A stretch of DNA of 64,000 bases. It comes from Eledone cirrhosa. Lineage: Eukaryota. The translations under genes and the position numbers were made by a program. Below, one piece after another: positions 54,901-64,000 of the stretch. The first letter of the stretch is position 1; each line of letters opens with the position of its first letter. The DNA is taken from positions 52,142,001 to 52,206,000 of the forward strand of contig OZ024746.1 in NCBI GenBank assembly GCA_964016885.1. Reading direction: 5' to 3'. The notes under the pieces are model-generated. The model was not told where the DNA came from. It did not search any database and worked only from the letters and a program-made list of their open reading frames with translations.

Positions 54901-55916
54901 ATGTATTGGGTATGTTATACTTTCTATGGAGTAGTGTATGGTATAGAATGGTGTATATAGGTGTGTGTTGTATGGTATGGAATTCTATGTATTAGGTACG
55001 TTATATTGAGTATGGAGTAGAGTATGGTATAGAATGGTGTATATAGGTGTGTGTTGTATGGTATGGAATTCTATATATTGGGTATGTTATACTTAATATG
55101 GAGTAGTGTATGGTATAGAATGGTGTATATAGGTGTGTGTTGTATGGTATGGAATTCTATGTATTAGGTATGTTATACTGAGTATGGAGTAGTGTATGGT
55201 ATAGATTGGTGTATATAGGTGCGTGTTGTATGGTATGGAATTCTATGAATTGGGTATGTTATATTTAGTATGGAGTAGTGTATGGCATAGACTGGTGTAT
55301 ATAGGTGTGTGTTGTATGGTATGGAATTTTATGTATTGGGTATGTTATACTTTGTATGGAGTAGTGTATGGTATAGAATGGTGTATATAGGTGTGTGTTG
55401 TATTGCATGGAATTCTATGTATTGGGTATGTTATACTTAGTATGGAGTAGTGTATGGCATAGGCTGGTGTATATAGGTGTGTGTTGTATGGTATGGAATG
55501 CTATGTATTGGGTATGTTATACTTTGTATGGAGTAGTGTATGGTATAGAATGGTGTATATAGGTGTGTGTTGTATGGTATGGAATTCTATGTATTGGGTA
55601 TGTTATACTTAGTATGGAGTAGTGTATGGTATAGAATGGTGTATATAGGTGTGTGTCTTATGGTATGGAATTCTATGTATTGGTTATGTTATATTTAGTA
55701 TGGAGTAGTGTATGGCATAGAATGGTGTACATAGGTGTGTGTTGTATGGTATGGAATTCTATGTATTGGGTATGTTATACTTTGAATAGAGTAGTGTATG
55801 GTATAGAATGGTGTATATAGATGTGTGCTGTATGGTATGGACTTCTATGTATTAGGTATGTTATACTGAGTATGGATTAGTGTATGGTATAGAATGGTGT
55901 ATATAGGTGTGTGTTG

Positions 55917-58900
55917 TATGGTATGGAATTCTATGAATTGGGTATGTTATATTTAGTACGGAGTAGTGTATGGTATAGAATGGTGTATATAGGTGTGTGT
56001 TGTATGGTATGGAATTCTATGTATTGGGTATGTTATACTTAGTATGGAGTAGTGTATGGCATAGACTGGTGTATATAGGTGTGTGTTGTATGGAATGGAA
56101 TGCTATGTATTGGGTATGTTATACTTTGTATGGAGTAGCGTATGGTATAGAATGGTGTATATAGGTGTGTGTTGTATGGTATGGAATTCTATGTATTGGG
56201 TATGTTATACTTAGTATGGAGTAGTGTATGGTATAGAATGGTGTATATAGCTGTGTGTCGTATGGTATGGAATTCTATGTATTGGTTATGTTATATTTAG
56301 TATGGAGTAGTGTATGGCATAGAATGGTGTATATAGGTGTGTGTTGTATGGTATGGAATTCAATGTATTGGGTATGTTATACTTAGTATGAAGTAGTGAA
56401 TGGTATAGTATGGTGTATATAGGTGTGTCATGTATGGCAAGGAATTCTATGTGTTGGGTATGTTATACTTTGAATAGAGTAGTGTATGGTATAGAATGGT
56501 GTATATAGATGTGTGTTGTATGGTATGGAATTTTATGTATTGGGTATGTTATACTGAATATGGAATAGTGTATGGTATAGAATGGTGTATATAGGTGTGT
56601 GTTGTAATGTATGGAATTCTATGTATTGGGTATGTTATAATTTGTATGGAGTAGTGTATGGTATAGAATGCTGTATATATGTGTGTGTTGTATGGTATGG
56701 AATTCTATGTATTGTGTATGTTATATTTTGTATGGTGTAGTGTATGGTATAGAATGGTGTATATAGGTGTGTGTTGTATGGTATGGAATTCTATGTATTG
56801 GGTATGTTATACTGAATATGGAATAGTGTATGGTATAGAATGGTGTATATAGGTGTATGTTGTAAGGTATGGAATTCTATGTATTGGGTATGTTATAATT
56901 TGTATGGAGTAGTGTATGGTATAGAATGGTGTATATAGGTGTGTGTCGTATGGTATGGATTTCTATGTATTGGTTATGTTATATTTAGTATGGAGTAGTG
57001 TATGGCATAGAATAGTGTATATAGGTGTGTGTTGTATGGTATGGAATTCAATGTATTGGGTATGTTATACTTAGTATGAAGTAGTGAATGGTATAGTATG
57101 GTGTATATAGGTGTGTCATGTATGGTAAGGAATTCTATGTATTGGGTGTGTTATACTTAGTATGGTGTAGTGTATGGTATAGAATGGTGTATATAGGTGT
57201 GTGTTGTATGGTATGGAATTCTATGTATTAGGTATGTTATACTGAGTATGGAGCAGTGTATGGTATCGAATGGTGTATATAGGTGTGTGTTGTATGGTAT
57301 GGAATTCTATGAATTGGGTATGTTATATTTAGTATGGAGTAGTGTATGGTATAGAATGGTGTATATAGGTGTGTGTTGTATAGTATGGAATTCTATGTAT
57401 TGGGTATGTTATACTTAGTATGGAGTAGTGTATGGCATAGACTGGTGTATATAGGTGTGTGTTGTACGGTATGGAATGCTATGTATTGGGTATGTTTTAC
57501 TTAGTATGGAGTAGAGTATGGTATAGAATGGTGTATATAGGTGTGTGTTGTATGGTATGGAATTCTATGTATTGGTTATGTTTTATTTAGTATGGAGTAG
57601 TGTATGGCATAGAATGGTGTATATAGGTGTGTGTTGTATGGTATGGAATTTTATGTATTGGGTATGTTATACTTAGTATGGAGTAGTGTATGGTATAGTA
57701 TGGTGTATATAGGTGTGTCTTGTATGGTAAGGAATTCTATGTATTGGGTATCTTATACTTTGAATAGAGTAGTGTATGGTATAGAATGGTGTATATAGGT
57801 GTGTGTTGTATGGTATGGAATTCTATGTATTGGGTATGTGATATTTAGTATGGAGTAGTGTATGGCATAGACTGGTGAATATAGGTGTGTGTTGTATGTT
57901 ATGGAATGCTATGTATTGGTAATGTTATACTTTGTATGGAGTAGTGTATGGTATAGAATGGTGTATATAGGTGTGTGTTGTATGGTATGGAATTCTATGT
58001 ATTGGGTATGTTATAGTTAGTATGGAGTAGTGTATGGTATAGAATGGTGTATATAGGTGTGTGTTGTATGGTATGGAATTCTATGTATTAGGTATGTTAT
58101 ACTGAGTATGGAGTAGTGTATGGTATCGAATGGTGTATATAGGTGTGTGTTGTATGGTATCGAATGGTGTATATAGGTGTGTGTTGTATGGTATGGAATT
58201 CTATGTATTGGTTATGTTATATTTAGTATGGAGTAGTGTATGGCATAGAATGGTGTATTACGGTGTATATTGTATGGTATGGAATTCTATGTATTGGGTA
58301 TGTTATACTTAGTATGGAGTAGTGTATGGTATAGTATGGTGTATATAGGTGTGTCTTGTATGGTAAGGAATTCTATGTATTGGGTATGTTTCAATTTGAA
58401 TAGAGTAGTGTATGGCATAGGCTGGTGAATATAGGTGTGTTGTATGTTATGGAATGCTATGTATTGGGTATGTTATATTTGTATGGAGTAGTGTATGGTA
58501 TAGAATGGTGTATATAGGTGTGTGTTGTATGGTATGGAATTCTATGTATTGGGTATGTTATAGTTAGTATGGAGTAGTGTATGGTATAGAATGGTGTATA
58601 TAGGTGTGTGTTGTATGGTATGGAATTCTATGTATTAGGTATGTTATACTGAGTATGGAGTAGTGTATGGTATAGATTGGTGTATATAGGTGCGTGTTGT
58701 ATGGTATGGAATTCTATGAATTGGGTATGTTATATTTAGTATGGAGTAGTGTATGGCATAGACTGGTGTATATAGGTGTGTGTTGTATGGTATGGAATTT
58801 TATGTATTGGGTATGTTATACTTTATATGGAGTAGTGTATGGTATAGAATGGTGTATATAGGTGTGTGTTGTATTGCATGGAATTCTATGTATTGGGTAT

Positions 58901-61900
58901 GTTATACTTAGTATGGAGTAGTGTATGGCATAGACTGGTGTATATAGGTGTGTGTTGTATGGTATGGAATGCTATGTATTGGGTATGTTATACTTTGTAT
59001 GGACTAGTGTATGGTATAGAATGGTGTATATAGGTGTGTGTTGTATGGTATGGAATTCTATGTATTGGGTATGTTATACTTAGTATGGAGTAGTGTATGG
59101 TATAGAATGGTGTATATAGGTGTATGTTGTAAGGTATGGAATTCTATGTATTGGGTATGTTATAATTTGTATGGAGTAGTGTATTGTATAGAATGGTGTA
59201 TATAGGTGTGTGTCGTATGGTATGGATTTCTATGTATTGGTTATGTTATATTTAGTATGGAGTAGTGTATGGCATAGAATGGTGTATATAGGTGTGTGTT
59301 GTATGGTATGGAATTCAATGTATTGGGTATGTTATACTTAGTATGAAGTAGTGAATGGTATAGTATGGTGTATATAGGTGTGTCATGTATGGTAAGGAAT
59401 TCTATGTATTGGGTGTGTTATACTTAGTATGGAGTAGTGTATGGTATAGAATGGTGTATATAGGTGTGTGTTGTATGGTATGGAATTCTATGTATTAGGT
59501 ATGTTATACTGAGTATGGAGTAGTGTATGGAATCGAATGGTGTATATAGGTGTGTGTTGTATGGTATGGAATTCTATGAATTGGGTATGTTATATTTAGT
59601 ATGGAGTAGTGTATCGTATAGAATGGTGTATATAGGTGTGTGTTGTATAGTATGGAATTCTATGTATTGGGTATGTTATACTTAGTATGGAGTAGTGTAT
59701 GGCATAGACTGGTGTATATAGGTGTGTGTTGTATGGTATGGAATGCTATGTATTGGGTATGTTTTACTTAGTATGGAGTAGAGTATGGTATAGAATGGTG
59801 TATATAGGTGTGTGTTGTATGGTATGGAATTCTATGTATTGGTTATGTTTTATTTAGTATGGAGTAGTGTATGGCATAGAATGGTGTATATAGGTGTGTG
59901 TTGTATGGTATGGAATTTTATGTATTGGGTATGTTATACTTAGTATGGAGTAGTGTATGGTATAGTATGGTGTATATAGGTGTGTCTTGTATGGTAATGA
60001 ATTCTATGTATTGGGTATGTTATACTTTGAATAGAGTAGTGTATGGTATAGAATGGTGTATATAGGTGTGTGTTGTATGGTATGGAATTCTATGTATTGG
60101 GTATGTGATATTTAGTATGGAGTAGTGTATGGCATAGACTGGTGAATATAAGTGTGTGTTGTATGTTATGGAATGCTATGTATTGGTTATGTTATACTTT
60201 GTATGGAGTAGTGTATGGTATAGAATGGTGTATATAGGTGTGTGTTGTATGGTATGGAATTCTATGTATTGGGTATGTTATAGTTAGTGTGGAGTAGTGT
60301 ATGGTATAAAATGGTGTATATAGGTGTGTGTTGTATGGTATGGAATTCTATGTATTAGGTATGTTATGCTGAGTATGGAGTAGTGTATGGTATCGAATGG
60401 TGTATATAGGTGTGTGTTGTATGGTATCGAATGGTGTATATAGGTGTGTGTTGTATGGTATGGAATTCTATGTATTGGTTATGTTATATTTAGTATGGAG
60501 TAGTGTATGGCATAGAATGGTGTATTACGGTGTATGTTGTATGGTATGGAATTCTATGTATTGGGTATGTTATACTTAGTATGGAGTAGTGTATGGTATA
60601 GTATGGTGTATATAGGTGTGTCTTGTATGGTAAGGAATTCTATGTATTGGGTATGTTTCAATTTGAATAGAGTAGTGTATGGCATAGGCTGGTGAATATA
60701 GGTGTGTTGTATGGTATGGAATTCTATGAATTGGGTATGTTATATTTAGTACGGAGTAGTGTATGGTATAGAATGGTGTATATAGGTGTGTGTTGTATGG
60801 TATGGAATTCTATGTATTGGGTATGTTATACTTAGTATGGAGTAGTGTATGGCATAGACTGGTGTATATAGGTGTGTGTTGTATGGAATGGAATGCTATG
60901 TATTGGGTATGTTATACTTTGTATGGAGTAGCGTATGGTATAGAATGGTGTATATAGGTGTGTGTTGTATGGTATGGAATTCTATGTATTGGGTATGTTA
61001 TACTTAGTATGGAGTAGTGTATGGTATAGAATGGTGTATATAGCTGTGTGTCGTATGGTATGGAATTCTATGTATTGGTTATGTTATATTTAGTATGGAG
61101 TAGTGTATGGCATAGAATGGTGTATATAGGTGTGTGTTGTATGGTATGGAATTCAATGTATTGGGTATGTTATACTTAGTATGAAGTAGTGAATGGTATA
61201 GTATGGTGTATATAGGTGTGTCATGTATGGCAAGGAATTCTATGTGTTGGGTATGTTATACTTTGAATAGAGTAGTGTATGGTATAGAATGGTGTATATA
61301 GATGTGTGTTGTATGGTATGGAATTTTATGTATTGGGTATGTTATACTGAATATGGAATAGTGTATGGTATAGAATGGTGTATATAGGTGTGTGTTGTAA
61401 TGTATGGAATTCTATGTATTGGGTATGTTATAATTTGTATGGAGTAGTGTATGGTATAGAATGCTGTATATATGTGTGTGTTGTATGGTATGGAATTCTA
61501 TGTATTGTGTATGTTATATTTTGTATGGTGTAGTGTATGGTATAGAATGGTGTATATAGGTGTGTGTTGTATGGTATGGAATTCTATGTATTGGGTATGT
61601 TATACTGAATATGGAATAGTGTATGGTATAGAATGGTGTATATAGGTGTATGTTGTAAGGTATGGAATTCTATGTATTGGGTATGTTATAATTTGTATGG
61701 AGTAGTGTATGGTATAGAATGGTGTATATAGGTGTGTGTCGTATGGTATGGATTTCTATGTATTGGTTATGTTATATTTAGTATGGAGTAGTGTATGGCA
61801 TAGAATAGTGTATATAGGTGTGTGTTGTATGGTATGGAATTCAATGTATTGGGTATGTTATACTTAGTATGAAGTAGTGAATGGTATAGTATGGTGTATA

Positions 61901-64000
61901 TAGGTGTGTCATGTATGGTAAGGAATTGTATGTATTGGGTGTGTTATACTTAGTATGGTGTAGTGTATGGTATAGAATGGTGTATATAGGTGTGTGTTGT
62001 ATGGTATGGAATTCTATGTATTAGGTATGTTATACTGAGTATGGAGTAGTGTATGGTATCGAATGGTGTATATAGGTGTGTGTTGTATGGTATGGAATTC
62101 TATGAATTGGGTATGTTATTTTTAGTATGGAGTAGTGTATGGTATAGAATGGTGTATATAGGTGTGTGTTGTATAGTATGGAATTCTATGTATTGGGTAT
62201 GTTATACTTAGTATGGAGTAGTGTATGGCATAGACTGGTGTATATAGGTGTGTGTTGTATGGTATGGAATGCTATGTATTGGGTATGTTTTACTTAGTAT
62301 GGAGTAGAGTATGGTATAGAATGGTGTATATAGGTGTGTGTTGTATGGTATGGAATTCTATGTATTGGTTATGTTTTATTTAGTATGGAGTAGTGTATGG
62401 CATAGAATGGTGTATATAGGTGTGTGTTGTATGGTATGGAATTTTATGTATTGGGTATGTTATACTTAGTATGGAGTAGTGTATGGTATAGTATGGTGTA
62501 TATAGGTGTGTCTTGTATGGTAAGGAATTCTATGTATTGGGTATGTTATACTTTGAATAGAGTAGTGTATGGTATAGAATGGTGTATATAGGTGTGTGTT
62601 GTATGTTATGGAATTCTATGTATTGGGTATGTGATATTTAGTATGGAGTAGTGTATGGCATAGACTGGTGAATATAGGTGTGTGTTGTATGTTATGGAAT
62701 GCTATGTATTGGTAATGTTATACTTTGTATGGAGTAGTGTATGGTATAGAATGGTGTATATAGGTGTGTGTTGTATGGTATGGAATTCTATGTATTGGGT
62801 ATGTTATAGTTAGTATGGAGTAGTGTATGGTATAGAATGGTGTATATAGGTGTGTGTTGTATGGTATGGAATTCTATGTATTAGGTATGTTATACTGAGT
62901 ATGGAGTAGTGTATGGTATCGAATGGTGTATATAGGTGTGTGTTGTATGGTATCGAATGGTGTATATAGGTGTGTGTTGTATGGTATGGAATTCTATGTA
63001 TTGGTTATGTTATATTTAGTATGGAGTAGTGTATGGCATAGAATGGTGTATTACGGTGTATATTGTATGGTATGGAATTCTATGTATTGGGTATGTTATA
63101 CTTAGTATGGAGTAGTGTATGGTATAGTATGGTGTATATAGGTGTGTCTTGTATGGTAAGGAATTCTATGTATTGGGTATGTTTCAATTTGAATAGAGTA
63201 GTGTATGGCATAGGCTGGTGAATATAGGTGTGTTGTATGTTATGGAATGCTATGTATTGGGTATGTTATATTTGTATGGAGTAGTGTATGGTATAGAATG
63301 GTGTATATAGGTGTGTGTTGTATGGTATGGAATTCTATGTATTGGGTATGTTATAGTTAGTATGGAGTAGTGTATGGTATAGAATGGTGTATATAGGTGT
63401 GTGTTGTATGGTATGGAATTCTATGTATTAGGTATGTTATACTGAGTATGGAGTAGTGTATGGTATAGATTGGTGTATATAGGTGCGTGTTGTATGGTAT
63501 GGAATTCTATGAATTGGGTATGTTATATTTAGTATGGAGTAGTGTATGGCATAGACTGGTGTATATAGGTGTGTGTTGTATGGTATGGAATTTTATGTAT
63601 TGGGTATGTTATACTTTATATGGAGTAGTGTATGGTATAGAATGGTGTATATAGGTGTGTGTTGTATTGCATGGAATTCTATGTATTGGGTATGTTATAC
63701 TTAGTATGGAGTAGTGTATGGCATAGACTGGTGTATATAGGTGTGTGTTGTATGGTATGGAATGCTATGTATTGGGTATGTTATACTTTGTATGGAGTAG
63801 TGTATGGTATAGAATGGTGTATATAGGTGTGTGTTGTATGGTATGGAATTCTATGTATTGGGTATGTTATACTTAGTATGGAGTAGTGTATGGTATAGAA
63901 TGGTGTATATAGGTGTATGTTGTAAGGTATGGAATTCTATGTATTGGGTATGTTATAATTTGTATGGAGTAGTGTATGGTATAGAATGGTGTATATAGGT
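55917..64000. repeat. Recent 4793-bp tandem duplication (about 55917-60709, second copy from about 60710 past the window end)
   Basis: The C of TAGTACGG is at 55959/60752, TTACGGTGTATATT is at 58258/63051, identical ORF-track peptides start at 58130/62923, and a 1-bp deletion (TTATATTTGTATGG) is shared at about 58475/63268. All offsets are 4793. Confidence 0.92.

Larger units (their letters stand above)
1..64000. repeat. Tandem satellite DNA array, 86-bp monomer, about 735-740 head-to-tail copies, running off both window ends
   Basis: Monomer starts at 1, 87 and 173; the GAAT(T/G)C motif is at 41 and 127. Long-range offsets between shared variants are multiples of 86 (1204 = 14x86, 1462 = 17x86). 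No non-repeat sequence was seen anywhere in the window. Confidence 0.99.

Noticed and set aside
542-63105. About 30 short ORFs (60-91 aa) rich in V/Y/W/C/M/G on the + strand, or H/T/Y/I/P on the - strand
   Set aside because: They are translations of the satellite. 86 is not a multiple of 3, so each frame meets TAG/TGA stops within two to three monomers. The listed ORFs mostly arise where an indel variant (120-, 81-, 85- or 87-bp monomer) or a point variant delays a stop. There is no unique flanking sequence, recognisable domain or codon-level constraint.
1-64000. CRISPR array or other repeat-spacer system
   Set aside because: There are no unique spacers: the entire 86 bp is repeated with only scattered substitutions. 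No leader or cas genes are present.
1-64000. Bisulfite-converted or otherwise artefactual C-depleted sequence
   Set aside because: The retained Cs are mostly in non-CpG contexts (TTCT, ACTT, GGCA, GACT) and recur at fixed positions within a hierarchical duplication pattern, which chemical conversion would not produce.
1-64000. Human satellite II/III (GGAAT)n, alpha satellite or a canonical telomere repeat
   Set aside because: GGAAT occurs about once per consensus monomer and the dominant pentamer is GGTAT. I saw no alpha-satellite similarity or CENP-B box. TTAGG appears only as an isolated variant.

Overview
The whole 64 kb window is one uninterrupted, single-orientation tandem satellite array of roughly 735-740 copies of an 86-bp monomer, consensus GGTATAGAATGGTGTATATAGGTGTGTGTTGTATGGTATGGAATTCTATGTATTGGGTATGTTATACTTAGTATGGAGTAGTGTAT. 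By my count the consensus is 27 G, 36 T, 21 A and 2 C, with one EcoRI site and no CpG. I found no credible genes, RNA genes, transposons, CRISPR spacers or inversions, and the listed ORFs are by-products of the repeat. The interest is structural: the monomer is built from about 17-bp A-B-A-B-A subunits; a 120-bp variant carrying a 34-bp internal duplication recurs at least 21 times; diagnostic variants follow a 44-monomer (about 3.82 kb) higher-order cycle that is itself made of older 7-10-monomer cassettes; and the array is a mosaic of recent 1.2-7 kb duplications with readable junctions. The first 13-15 kb is less ordered than the rest. The sequence looks like eukaryotic heterochromatic satellite, but neither the organism nor any centromeric or telomeric function can be determined from it. 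All alignments were done by eye, so block boundaries are approximate to about one monomer. I see no evidence for a novel protein-coding system.
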